DNA of 64,000 nucleotides from Eledone cirrhosa (taxonomy: Eukaryota). The notes below the pieces were generated by a model. It saw nothing but the letters and a program-made list of their open reading frames with translations, ran no database searches and was not told the DNA's origin. Positions within the stretch are counted from its first letter, which is position 1; each line of letters starts with the position of its first letter. The stretch lies in assembly GCA_964016885.1 (NCBI GenBank), contig OZ024749.1:2480001-2544000 (forward strand), in the 5' to 3' direction. Shown here piece by piece: positions 12,804 to 26,232 of the stretch. The position numbers were made by a program, and so were the translations under genes.

Positions 12804-13770
12804 ACTGCTCTGTAAAACAACCGATGTTATTACATTGAGCTATTTATCTTACTGGTAATAAGATAGTAATGGATGACTATCTTTCACTATTTGGGGTTTG
12901 TATAAAAAATATATAACCATAAAAGGTTTTATTACATACATAACCATAAATAGTATCCTTAATACTATATATATGTATATATATGTATATATATATATAT
13001 ATATATACACCCACACATTTGTGCATGTGTTTGCACAAACTTGTGTATTTAAATAGGTTATCAAGTTCACTATATCATTTTGAGTATTCTAATGCAGATA
13101 GGAGTAATATTATGCTACTTATTAGAAGTTGAGGAAGTGATAGACGTGTCGGTCACGGGTGGGGATGTGCCGTAGTATTTGGTGGCGGTTAGTGTGAAAC
13201 AGATATTCCACACAAACATTTACAGACACACTTACACCAATCCCCCCACCCCCACCCACCCCCACACACACATGGAATACAAGAACACCACAAATAGGAA
13301 ACCAGTTATTACGTATTTATAGTATTTTAATTCCATAAGGAAAGCAAATGCACTTACTAACTGCAAGTTTACTGCAGTAATTCTTGCAGTAGAAATACAT
13401 TAATGATATTTGTAGATGACAAAACTAAGTTGGCGGAAGTGCGAAGCAACAAAAATAAAATGGTAGCCACTATATAATAGAAACATGTAACGATCAGTGA
13501 AGAGGACAAAATAGAAGAACGTAATTGTCAAACATGGCCGTCTTTGTTAGATTATTTTACTTTACACTACGTTAATTATAACAATTGTTAATAATAAAAA
13601 AAAAAATGAGGGTAAGTGGGAATGATAATACAAAATAAAAAAGATGAAGAGAGATATTTTATGAATGTGTGAGCACGTGAGTATATAAGTATGTCTCTCT
13701 CTCTCCCCCATCTCTCTATCTCTCTCTCTGTATGTGTTGTTATTTCTGTTTACCTTTTACATATATATAT

Positions 13771-14401
13771 AATGAAAAATTTGAACAGGGACAGAACAGA
13801 GAGGCAGTACAATAAAGGTTTATTAAATTCACGCTCAGGAGAGTGGGGGGTAGGTGGGGGACGACGTTTCGGGCATAAGCCCTTCCTCAGGTGAGAAGTG
13901 TGTGGGAACAGAGTTCAAAAGGTGTGTAGGGGAGTGGTGGAGAGACATATAGCGAAAGGAGGTAATGCATGGAAGGAAAGACCAAGTGTGGGAAGGTGTG
14001 TAAAGTTCGGAGAGAGGTCACGGCGGATTAGATCGGGGTTGAGCCGGTTGTTAAGTTATGTTCCAAGGATGGAAGCCGTGTGAGCGTGTATTATATATAA
14101 TGAAAAATTTGAACAGGGACAGAACAGAGAGGCAGTACAATAAAGGTTTATTAAATTCACGCTCAGGAGAGTGGGGGATAGGTGGGGGACGACGTTTCGG
14201 GCATAAGCCCTTCCTCAGGTGAGAAGTGTGTGGGAACAGAGTTCAAAAGGTGTGTAGGGGAGTGGTGGAGAGACATATAGCGAAAGGAGGTAATGCGTGG
14301 AAGGAAAGACCAAGTGTGGGAAGGTGTGTAAAGTTCGGAGAAAGGTCACGGCGGATTAGATCGGGGTCGAGCCGGTTGTTAAGTTATGTTCCAAGGATGG
14401 A
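13771..14401 (-). mobile_element. Tandem 328-bp direct repeat (~1.9 units), each with a minimal hammerhead (13861-13892, 14189-14220); pLTR/retrozyme-like
   Basis: Near-identical units; minus strand ac-CTGAGGA-agggc-ttat-gccc-GAAACGTC-gt. Confidence 0.85.
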
Positions 14402-14411
14402 ATATATATAT

Positions 14412-14757
14412 ATTGTTATACTTTGGGAGGGTCATGTTGCCAATAAGAAACACACGCACCTGTTGCTTTCACTTCAATTTATTATAAATTAAATTATAAA
14501 TTTAAAATATTTTATAAATTTCGGTTGGTTGGTTGGTTCCAAAACCGTCCGGTTGTGGAACCAACCAACCAACCAACCAATCGGAAATTTATAAAAAAAA
14601 TTTTAATTTATAATTTAATTTATAATAAATTGAAGTGAACCTATTGGTGCGTATGTTTCTTATTGGCAACATGACCCTCCCAAAGTATAACAATATCGGT
14701 TTCAACACACGTATTCAGATAAAGAATCTTGCTAAACAAATTCAGAAACGAAATATA
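14412..14757. mobile_element. Fold-back cassette family B, ~130-bp arms
   Basis: attgttatactttgggagggtcatgttgccaataagaaa... / ...tttcttattggcaacatgaccctcccaaagtataacaat. Confidence 0.9.
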
Positions 14758-14770
14758 TATATATACTGTT

Positions 14771-14866
<96 letters not shown>

Positions 14867-14867
14867 C

Positions 14868-14916
<49 letters not shown>

Positions 14917-15141
14917 TAAAACAGTTACACAGTTACACACACATGAGCGAAACAGACGGCTGCATATACGGACACATCCACACATTATATATATATATAT
15001 ACACAGAGATATCCACGGTAAGTTGTGCGGTCTAGTCTGCATGAAGAACTCAATGTAATCCATATGTTGAAAATGTTGTAGGTTAAAATAAATCCCGAAA
15101 ACAATAAAACATTAAAAGGAAAAGAGAGTCATGATATAAGG

Positions 15142-15604
<463 letters not shown>

Positions 15605-15663
15605 GAATATAAACGAACAAAACACAATTATACTAAGTTCACACTTGGTGGAAGTGGTGGAGG

Positions 15664-15699
15664 TTTCAACGTTTCGGACAGAAGTCCTTCATCAGGAAA
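15664..15699 (-). ncRNA. Minimal hammerhead ribozyme
   Basis: Minus strand tttc-CTGATGA-aggac-ttct-gtcc-GAAACGTT-gaaa; ~60 nt from a (TA)n tract. Confidence 0.88.
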
Positions 15700-15741
15700 G
15701 TTAGGATAGGTAGACAACATAATATTATTATTATATAAGTA

Positions 15742-15937
15742 GGGCGGTGGATTGGCAGTATCGGTAGAGGGTCGGACGCCATGCTTTGACGCATAGAGTT
15801 ACGGCCCTTGCCATTCTAAGTTCAAATGCCGCCGATGTTAACCTTGCCTTTCATCCTTACGGGGTTGATAAAATAAAGTACCAGTAATGTACTGGAGTAA
15901 TTGCTGGCCTTGTACCAATAGTAGAAACAATTATTAT
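15742..15937 (+). mobile_element. tRNA-derived SINE
   Basis: A-box-like tggcagtatcgg, B-box-like gttcaaatgcc, conserved ttgcctttcatccttacggggttgataaaataaagtaccag, (TTA) tail; >20 related copies in the window. Confidence 0.9.
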
Positions 15938-16404
15938 ATAAGTATGTATAAGTATGTATATATTATTATTATCTCCATTCTTTAGCAATACATTAGATAT
16001 TACATCTCTTCAGAAATATTTCAGAAATATTTCAGAAATATTTCAAAGTATGAGGTAAGTTAGTCGCATCTTGCAGTGAAGATATTTCTACTGCTATCTG
16101 CTGGTATCACACATACATAATAAACTTCTACACAGCATCTTTCCTTTCTCTTATCTAAATACCTTATTCCCATTAGGGTTCTTATACCACTCTGGCTTGC
16201 ATGTTTTGATTTGTTTTCTCCTCTTTGAGTAGCAATGGATTCGATCCCACTTCTCTTCATCTACATACCTTGCTCTTGCCCTCCATTTGACAGAATCTTA
16301 TGTCAACAATATATTTTTATATATTTACTTAATGTATCCTTTCATTTCTGGCAGTCTGATAAAATAGAAGACACTTCATTGAAAAGATCTTACCCCCTTC
16401 CTAC

Positions 16405-16598
16405 GTGGATTGGCAGTGTGGGTAGGGGTTCGGGCAACATGCTTTGACGCATAGAATTACGGCCGTTGCCATTCTGAGTTCAAATCCCGCCGAGACTAAC
16501 TTTGTCTTTTATCCTTACGGGGTCGATAAAATAAAGTACCAGTAATGTACTGGGTATTTGCTGGCCTTGTGCCAAAAGTAGAAACAATTATTATTATA
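16405..16598 (+). mobile_element. tRNA-derived SINE (same family)
   Basis: gagttcaaatcccgccgag...ggggtcgataaaataaagtaccag...gtagaaacaattattatt. Confidence 0.9.
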
Positions 16599-16744
16599 TG
16601 TTTATTTGCTACTTAAAATGTGGATACTTTAACTCTTGTATCACTATATTTCTCTGGATAAGTATCGACATATGTCTGCCTTTATTTCGATATGGTATAT
16701 ATATGTGAGTGTGTGTATATATACACACATACACACACACCCAC

Positions 16745-16800
<56 letters not shown>

Positions 16801-16803
<3 letters not shown>

Positions 16804-17194
16804 AAGTTTTATTTAAATTGTTGGGTTACAACGAGTAAATATTTATAACTGATATAAAAGCACTCAACAAGTATTTGGAGTATATTTACGATATTAAATA
16901 AATGGAAACTATATTTATAAAACCATATTTATTTCATTATATATATTTCAGGGATATCATATTAAAAATATGGTATGCCTTCATCAGACAAAATACAATA
17001 TAAACAGTCTTATAAATAGATAGATTTGACATACCTTACAGCTTCAACTTCCATTTAAAAAGTTGATTTGGTAAGACTGTTTATATTGTATTTTGTCTGA
17101 TGAAGGCATACCATATTTTTAATATGATATCCCTGAAATATATATAATGAAATAAATATGGTTTTATAAATATAGTTTCCATTTATTTAATATC

Positions 17195-17197
<3 letters not shown>
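16801..17197. mobile_element. Fold-back cassette family H with a hammerhead in both arms (16930-16995 minus, 17089-17154 plus)
   Basis: ~125-bp arms; tattttgt-CTGATGA-aggcatacc...gatatccct-GAAA-tatata-TA-atgaaata; (TA)n both sides. Confidence 0.9.
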
Positions 17198-17237
<40 letters not shown>

Positions 17238-17340
17238 TATATATATGATTTATTTCTATATGTTATACATGATAAGTGTATTTGCGTATGTAAATGTGAG
17301 CGTACATGTATTTGTGTATGTAAGTAATCATATATGTATA

Positions 17341-17371
<31 letters not shown>

Positions 17372-17550
17372 GAATGAAGTATTTCCGTAGGAAAGGTAAA
17401 GACAAAGAGAGTGCTGTATGTAGGCTACAGAGATGTTTAGTTATGTAATAAACAACACAAGATAATTAATTCATAAGACATATAAATATCTGTCTTCAAG
17501 AAACCACTGGTAAATGAATTAAATATCTTATGTTGTTTATTACATAGCTA
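17372..17550. mobile_element. (TA)n-embedded cassette family I with short inverted repeat (related copy 40522-40660)
   Basis: tagttatgtaataaacaaca...aattc / gaatt...tgttgtttattacatagcta; body is the reverse complement of 40545-40655. Confidence 0.65.
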
Positions 17551-17638
17551 TATATATATATGTGTATACGTGTCAGTGAGCGAATGCTAGTATATACGCT
17601 GTGTGAAAGTGTATTATGTATGTGTGTACGTTTGTATG

Positions 17639-17713
<75 letters not shown>

Positions 17714-18121
17714 TATATAGATAGATAAATATACACCGGTGTGTATGATTGTGTATAGAAGATTATATTAATAAAAGGAATTTCAACTTTGTCTGATTTA
17801 CTCGTTTTATTTACAATCCTTTAAAATTTATAATGGTGTTATAATGAAATAGTATGATGAAATATTAAATGTTAAGTGTTAATTGAACAAGTACCTTCAT
17901 GCTTTCTTACATCATAATTTGAAATCTTTCTAAATAAATGCAATATTTAATGCATTGCTAATGAATGGGCATAATAATAATCATTTCTACATTTGACACA
18001 AATACCCAGTGCATTTACTGTAACCTATACAAGGACTATGGTGAGATACTTTGGTAAGCAATCTTATTTTATATTTGTTTGCACACTTATCTCCACAAAC
18101 AAACTTTACCCCTACATTTTT

Positions 18122-18156
<35 letters not shown>

Positions 18157-18439
18157 GTCACGCTTAATTTCCCCGAGAAGTACATAAGAGAACAAGTGTC
18201 TGTGGATGTTATTTTAATGTCCAATCTATTCCGTTTATCGAATTAACTGGAACTCTCGTCCAACACACACGACACTGTAGGTGGTATCAAATACTCCGTA
18301 AACTTTGGATGCCTTCTATTTCTCACAGGCGAGGGTCCCCCTTTAGGAGTGTTTTATCTGTGTAATGTTTCCGACCATTTCAAAAGTAAACTCACAATAA
18401 AGCAGCACACAATAAGAGTCTACTTCTTTCTATCATTGA

Positions 18440-18865
18440 CACATGACCAGACAATTAGAGGAGAGTTGATTAGATCAAAGCCAGTACATAACTGGTACTT
18501 TATTTTATTGATCCAGAAGGATGAAAGGCAAAGTTGATCATGGCGGAATTTGAACGTAGAACGTCGAAACTAAATACCGTAAACCATTATTTCTGATGCT
18601 CTATTGGTACTGTCAATCCACCATCCTTCGCTTTGTTTATTAATAAGGATTTCTACTAAGGCACAAGGTCAGCAATTTTGAAGGCGGGGGAAAGTCGCTT
18701 AAATCGACTTCAATGCATTACTGGTACTTTCTTTTATCGACCTCGTAAGGATGAAAGGCAAAGCTAACCTCAATGGGATTTGAACTCTGACCGTAAAATG
18801 CTGTAACTAAATACTGCAAAGCATGAAGTCCGATCTCGACCGATACTGCCAATCACCCGCTCTAC
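18440..18865 (-). mobile_element. Two tandem SINE copies
   Basis: ctggtactttatttt...ggatgaaaggcaaag...atttgaac motifs twice. Confidence 0.85.
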
Positions 18866-20075
18866 CATTTGTTTATTAATAATATTTCCTCAGTTGGATA
18901 ATTTTTTGATTCATTTTAGAAATTCGTTAAAGTCTAATGGGACCTATAATTCAATGAGAACGTACATCAGTTACTTTAGAGAGGGATATCTGTATCTGGT
19001 AAATTAGATTTAATCTGTATGTTTTAGCGGGTGGGTAGAAGTATTTGTTCCAACTGTTTAAGTGGTGAGTTCAAATCCCACCGGGGATAACTCGGATCGA
19101 TACAAGTATCAGACTTCAAGTCAGTTACATATTGTTGATTGTACTTCCAACATAAATATCTTGTTATGTGATTAGGGTTGAAATAAGTTTTATTTTCATT
19201 TCCATTCGCTAATAATTTCGTTATTCAGATTGTTGAATTTTCATTGTGGTTACTGAGCCTCGACGGGGATACTGGGCACGATACACATAAGCACGTGACA
19301 CAACCTCCGCCATATATATATATATATATATATATATAGAAGGATTTAAATGGATACAGTTCAGTTAAAAGGAATTTATTGATACGTGTTTCAATAAGTT
19401 ACATAACCTGAAAACAGCTGCTATCTACAAAGTATTAGTTATGCAGACATTCAATATTTCAATGTTATATATACATAGATAGATAGATCGATAGATAGAG
19501 AGAGAGAGGGGGAGAACATGTTATCCAAAATCACTGAATGTTAGATGCCAATATAAAGTAATCTAAAAAGAACACCCCACAAGTATTTTCCCCTAGTAGA
19601 TCTACGAATGCGTGCAATATTGTTATTATTTCTTTTCTTGACGAATGCTGGTTCGATACCAATGGATTCATTTCACTTAACGGGTATTTATATATGTTCT
19701 TATACCTCACAGAACCCCTCTGACGAAAAGCGGTTCTGTTAAATGTTACTATCTCAAACTATTCCAATAGTCAGCGTTATACGACAACTTGGAAATTACT
19801 CCTAAGGGAACTTACTAAAGCCTTCAAGGTTTAGGTTGCATAACTAATATCACCAGAGAACTCTACTGGGAGCGACCTTGTTTCTTATATTGTGTTTGTG
19901 CCGTCAATATTTCAGTCTTTCCATCAAGACATCTTTATTTTCATTCTTGCTAGGCGTTTTTACAAAGAATTTTACAAGTAAATTAACAGTTTGGTGTGTT
20001 TTAGAAACAACTGCAAGTTGTCAACTAACCTTTTTAACGCTGCCATTAAAACACAAAGCATTACACAGCACATTT

Positions 20076-20127
<52 letters not shown>

Positions 20128-20700
20128 TTGTGTGTGTGTGTGTGTTGTACTTTCTCCTGTGTGATATAGTGCCTTTATGTGTGTTTGTGTGTGTACTATG
20201 GAATATGTTTTGTTTCACAGCCAACCATCAATCTGCTACACCAGAAACCACATATAATGCGCAGAAAGAGAGAAAACGCTCTTATTTCCTACCCAACAGG
20301 AAAAATTAACAGTATGTTGTTCCATTAGTCTTTCAAAATGTCTGCGCTTGTCTTTCAATTCAATACATTTTCTACAGAAGACTCATTACAAACACTACCT
20401 TAGAACGTTTCCTTTACTCTTAATGGAATTCTGGAATTAGAAGAAAGAGCAGTTCTGTAGAACTGCTAAGTTTATTACCATTAACTAAACACGTTTCTAT
20501 GGAAGGAAAAATGCCACATACTCACAGAGACATGACAATTTACACACACATATCTATATACATACAAGGATATATACAATTGAAACACACACAAACTTAC
20601 ACATACTAAAATAGTCATACACACAGACACACACACATATGTATTTATACACATGTAAACGAAACTTGCTCGTTTTCTCCAACACCCACACACGCACACA

Positions 20701-20768
<68 letters not shown>

Positions 20769-20786
20769 TACATAGATATACACATA

Positions 20787-20818
<32 letters not shown>

Positions 20819-21335
20819 CACATATATACACACATATATATATATATACACACATATATATATATATACATAAATACATATATATATATATTTATATACA
20901 TATATTTATATACATATATACATATATATATACATATATTTATATATATATATATATATATATGTACATATAAATACATATATATATATGCACATATATA
21001 TACATATATATATACATATATATATACATATATATATGTATATATAAATGAAAGAATGCAGACTGTTAGAACATGCTTATACAAAAGCACCTACGTACGT
21101 TTCGACCGAAAAGGGCTTCTCTAGGGCATACAAATCTAGAGATAGTTCGGTACGGGATCCTTTCATTTGTAACCGCTCTGATTATATTCTCGCCAGCTAA
21201 ATATTAACACTTCCGATATTTAACCCTGCTAGCACTAGTATTGAGTACAAATGTACCAGCTTTTGGCCACTAACCATATGTATCGCTTATCGCTTTAAAC
21301 CTCTACTCTCTCACGATACTAAAATATTCTGTATG

Positions 21336-21391
<56 letters not shown>

Positions 21392-21416
21392 TATATATAT
21401 GTATATATATATATAT

Positions 21417-21764
21417 TAGAAAGTGAGATTTTTTTTACAAATTGAAAAATAACTGAGGTGTCCTACACGAGTGAAAGTATAAAGAAAAAAAGATGAAATC
21501 GAAAATGCAACTAGAGTCTTATTTTTTTAAAAAATATATATATATATTTGGTTCCTTTACCGGTTTCGCAGTTCTTCTGCTTTTCAAAAGACAAGTTGAG
21601 ATGGAGGGTCTGTGGTTTTTCTCACATCTGATGTGAGAAAAACCACAAACCCTCCATCTCAACTCACCTTTTGAAAAGCAGAAGAACTGCGAAACCGGTA
21701 AAGGAACCAAATAAATATATATATTTAAAAAAAATAAGACTCTAGTTGCATTTTCGATTTCATC

Positions 21765-21770
<6 letters not shown>
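21417..21770. mobile_element. Fold-back cassette family C with U3-A8 hammerheads in both arms (21554-21591 minus, 21667-21704 plus)
   Basis: ~140-bp arms about cacatc-t-gatgtg; cctt-TTGAAAA-gcag-aagaa-ctgc-GAAA-ccgg-TA-aagg. Confidence 0.88.
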
Positions 21771-21838
<68 letters not shown>

Positions 21839-21940
21839 TGTAGATACATACATACATATATACATATATGCATAGATACATCTATATGTATATATATACA
21901 TATATATATATATGTGTGTGTATATATATATATATATATA

Positions 21941-22134
21941 TAGTAATAATAATAAATTTGAAGACTAAAATCCAAAGAGGGCTCGATAAGGATAAATATA
22001 TATCAAATATATAAGAACAGTAGAACACATATTTATTAAAATAACAGATTAAAGTTTAAGCAAAGAATCGCTGCTTTCACCCTTAACGGTTAAGGGTGAA
22101 AGCACCGATTCTTTGCTTAAACTTTAATCTGTTA

Positions 22135-22142
<8 letters not shown>
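21941..22142. mobile_element. Fold-back cassette family G
   Basis: Highly similar to 10474-10678; hairpin apex cccttaac-g-gttaaggg. Confidence 0.88.
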
Positions 22143-22209
<67 letters not shown>

Positions 22210-22359
22210 AATATATATATATGTATATTTTATATGTATATTATATATATGTATGTATATGTATATGTATGTATATATACGTCTGTATATACATGTATGT
22301 ACCTAGATTTGTATATATAAATATATATATGTATATACATATACATATATATGTGTATA

Positions 22360-22440
22360 TATTGTTATACTTTGGGAGGGTCATGTTGCCAATAAGAAAC
22401 ACACGCACCAGTTGCTTTCACAAATTCAGAAACGAAATAT
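22360..22440. mobile_element. Internally deleted family B cassette
   Basis: First ~60 bp of 14412 joined to its last ~19 bp (aaattcagaaacgaaatat). Confidence 0.75.
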
Positions 22441-23188
22441 GTGTATATAGTTATACATATATGTATGTCTTCTCTTGCTCGTCCATATTACTATCTTACA
22501 CATAATAATCCGACAAAGCTGAACGGAAGATATGCAAGTACCGGTCATTGATTGAGGAATTCTTACGGTTCCTGTCGACCTCAAGACCCCACTGTCCTCC
22601 TGGTTCCTTCACTGAAATGATGGAATGCTAAATATCCAGCTGCCGGGTTATCTACCGACTTAATTCTCTTCCAGTTGGTCTAGGTTGGAACTCACCGTGA
22701 CCTCAGGCTGCCATTCTTCTTCACGAAAACCAGGATCAGTGGTTCCCTCCTCAGCACCTAAGATGGAATGGCTAGGGCAGTGAGCATCACAGGTTCTCTG
22801 CCACCAATTTTTTCGCCAACTTACCGCTGGGTCACAGCCGAGATATACTCTCTAGATAGGACTGTTCTTCTGTTTTGTCATTATATAACAAACGTCACAT
22901 TATTTTCTCTTCCTCTATATTTCTGCCTTTTTATATAATGAAGGCAAAATGTATATTTGGAAGCTCGGACAGCGACCACTTTACCATACTAGCAAATATT
23001 TGTAGAAAACAGAGGGGGACATTGCCAATATGGAAATGGCCGCCAATACGAAGTGAATTTATTACAGTATATCACATAAACCGGAAATAATAGTGAATGT
23101 AGTAAACATGAAGAGAGGGAGGATGTGATGGAGAATAACGGAGGCATAAATGGAATAAGTAAATAGTGATAAACTGCTGTTTATATAA

Positions 23189-23260
<72 letters not shown>

Positions 23261-23424
23261 ATAAATATAAATATATATCTATACATATATACATAAATAT
23301 ATATCTATACATGTATACATATAAATATATATAATATGTTTATCTATCTATCTATATATATACACACATTGATATATATATATAATATATATATATATAT
23401 ATACACATTGATATATATATATAT

Positions 23425-23463
<39 letters not shown>

Positions 23464-24630
23464 TCATACATACATACATTCATATATACATATTTATATA
23501 TATATACACATCACAAAATACAAATAGAAAAGAGTAAAATTATTTTCTGACCATTGCAATTACGAGAAAATGTACAAAGAAGACACATATACACTCATAT
23601 ATACATGCATACACACACACACACACATACACAAGTACCAACATATACAGACACACATAATCACATATACAAACACACGTGCATACAGAGAAACACTCAC
23701 GCACACATACAGACACACATGCACACAGAGAAACACTCACGCACACACATATACCAACGTATACAGACACACTCAATCACATATACAAATACACATGCAC
23801 ACAGATAAATACTCTCGCACACACATATACCAACACATACATACACACACAATCACATATACAAATACATATGCGCACAGAGAAACACTCTCGCACACAC
23901 ATATACCAACACATACATACACACACAATCACATATACAAACACATGCACACAGATAAACACACGTACACATACAGACATATATCCACACACACATGCAC
24001 ACACACATACAGACACCCATACGGGTTAAAAAAAAAACATCATTAAATATATAGAAAACAACCCCCCTAAAAGGATAATAGAAAGACTTATATTTTTCTT
24101 TATATTTCCATAGTTAAACCTGAGAAATACAGTAGTAAATATAACGCCAATGTACTGAAAATATGCAATTGCAAATTACTAAGTTGTCTTTTTTATATTT
24201 TTCTTCTTTAACACCAAATTCCTAGATTCGCCGCCTTGGGTGAAATCTTTGTCTATCATCTCAACGGTAGGAATAGTAAATTACTGCTATTTTAAATATA
24301 TTTTCGTTGGCAGATTTAGTTTCTCAAAATTGCTGATGAAAGCTGCCGAAAATATTTTTACTTACTCCATGAATATTTATTATTTAATCAGTAAGAAGAA
24401 AAAAAAAAAAAAAATTTATATATATATATATAGTTTTGTTGGTTAAGCATTTCTAATTCTATAACATATATATTAACTTGAAAGGCATGTAGCTGTGTGG
24501 TTAAGGTGTTTTTCTACGATTTTATTTCACGTTGCTCCAGTTCACTCAGTTGTGACATGTTGGATTTTCACTAGAATCACGTTAAAAATACACGTGTTAT
24601 TGTATGTACATTCCACGATTGGTCTGTTCT

Positions 24631-25505
24631 GTCAATGAAACACCTCCAAACTTATTGTTTATTTGAACGGGAAGGCTGTTCCGTCAATAAAACACCTCCA
24701 AACCTATTGTTTATTTGAACGGGAAGGCTGTTCCGTCAATGAAACACCTCCAAACCTATTGTTTATTTGAACGGGAAGGCTGTTCCGTCAATAAAACACC
24801 TCCAAACCTATTGTTTATTTGAACGGGAAGGCTGTTCGGTCAATGAAACACCTCCAAACCTATTGTTTATTTGAACGGGAAGGCTGTTCCGTCAATGAAA
24901 CACCTCCAAACCTATTGTTTATTTGAACGGGAAGGCTGTTCCGTCAATGAAACACCTCCAAACCTATTGTTTATTTGAACGGGAAGGCTGTTCCGTCAAT
25001 GAAACACCTCCAAACCTATTGTTTATTTGAACGGGAAGGCTGTTCCGTCAATAAAACACCTCCAAACCTATTGTTTATTTGAACGGGAAGGCTGTTCCGT
25101 CAATGAAACACCTCCAAACCTATTGTTTATTTGAACGGGAAGGCTGTTCCGTCAATGAAACACCTCCAAACCTATTGTTTATTTGAACGGGAAGGCTGTT
25201 CCGTCAATGAAACACCTCCAAACCTGTTGTTTATTTGAACGGGAAGGCTGTTCCGTCAATGAAACACCTCCAAACCTGTTGTTTATTTGAACGGGAAGGC
25301 TGTTCCGTCAATGAAACACCTCCAAACCTGTTGTTTATTTGAACGGGAAGGCTGTTCCGTCAATGAAACACCTCCAAACCTGTTGTTTATTTGAACGGGA
25401 AGGCTGTTCCGTCAATGAAACACCTCCAAACCTGTTGTTTATTTGAACGGGAAGGCTGTTCCGTCAATGAAACACCTCCAAACCTGTTGTTTATTTGAAC
25501 GGGAA
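24631..25505. repeat. 52-bp minisatellite, ~17 copies
   Basis: gtcaatgaaacacctccaaacctattgtttatttgaacgggaaggctgttcc. Confidence 0.98.
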
Positions 25506-25623
25506 TAGAGAAATTGTTAAACGTTTACATTATTGTAAACGTTTGTTTACAATAATGTAAACGTTGGTACTGTATTAAATGTATTAAACCATTCAGTTGT
25601 CGGTGAGGTAGCACTTAATACAT

Positions 25624-26232
25624 AGAGAGAGGGGGTGAGGGAGAGAGAGCGGAGGGAGAGAGAGCGGGGGGAGAGAGAGGAGAGGGGGGAGATAGAAGGG
25701 GTGGGGGAGAGAGAGGAGGAAGAGTGATAGAGAGGAGAGGGAGCGGGGAGAGAGAGGAGAGAGCGGGGAGAGAGAGGAGAGAGAGGGGAGGGAGATAGGG
25801 GTAGAGAAGGATGGGAGAGAGGGATGGGAGAGTGAGAGAGGGTGAGCGAGAGAGAGGAGAGAGGGGAGAGAGAGGGGGTGAGTGAGAGAGAGCGGGGAGA
25901 GAGAGAGAGCGGAGAGAGAGGAGAGAGCGCGGAGAGAGAGAGGAGAGAGAGGGGAGAGATAGGGGTAGAGAGGGATGGGAGAGAGATAGGGGAGAGTGAG
26001 AGAGAGATAGGGGAGAGTGAGAGAGGGTGAGCGAGAGAGAGGGAGAGAGAGAGAGGAGAGAGGAGAGAGAGGAGAGAGAGAGGAGAGAGAGAGGAGAGAG
26101 GAAAGAGAGGAGAGGAGAGAGGAGAGAGAGGAGAGAGAGAGGAGAGAGGAGAGATGAGAGAGGAGAGAGAGGAGAGAGAGGAGAGAGAGGAGAGAGAGAG
26201 GTGAAAGAGAGATGTGAGAGAGAGAGGGGAGG
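25624..26232. repeat. GA-rich low-complexity polypurine tract
   Basis: Degenerate (GA)n/(GAGAG)n. Confidence 0.95.

Noticed and set aside
15742-15830. tRNA gene
   Set aside because: A/B boxes belong to a SINE head; no cloverleaf.
21091-21127. Possible hammerhead on minus strand (cc-ctagaga-agccc..ggtc-gaaacgtacgta-gg)
   Set aside because: Core and helix II too degenerate to call; possibly a decayed copy.
24631-25505. CRISPR-like array
   Set aside because: Units are contiguous and near-identical with no spacers.
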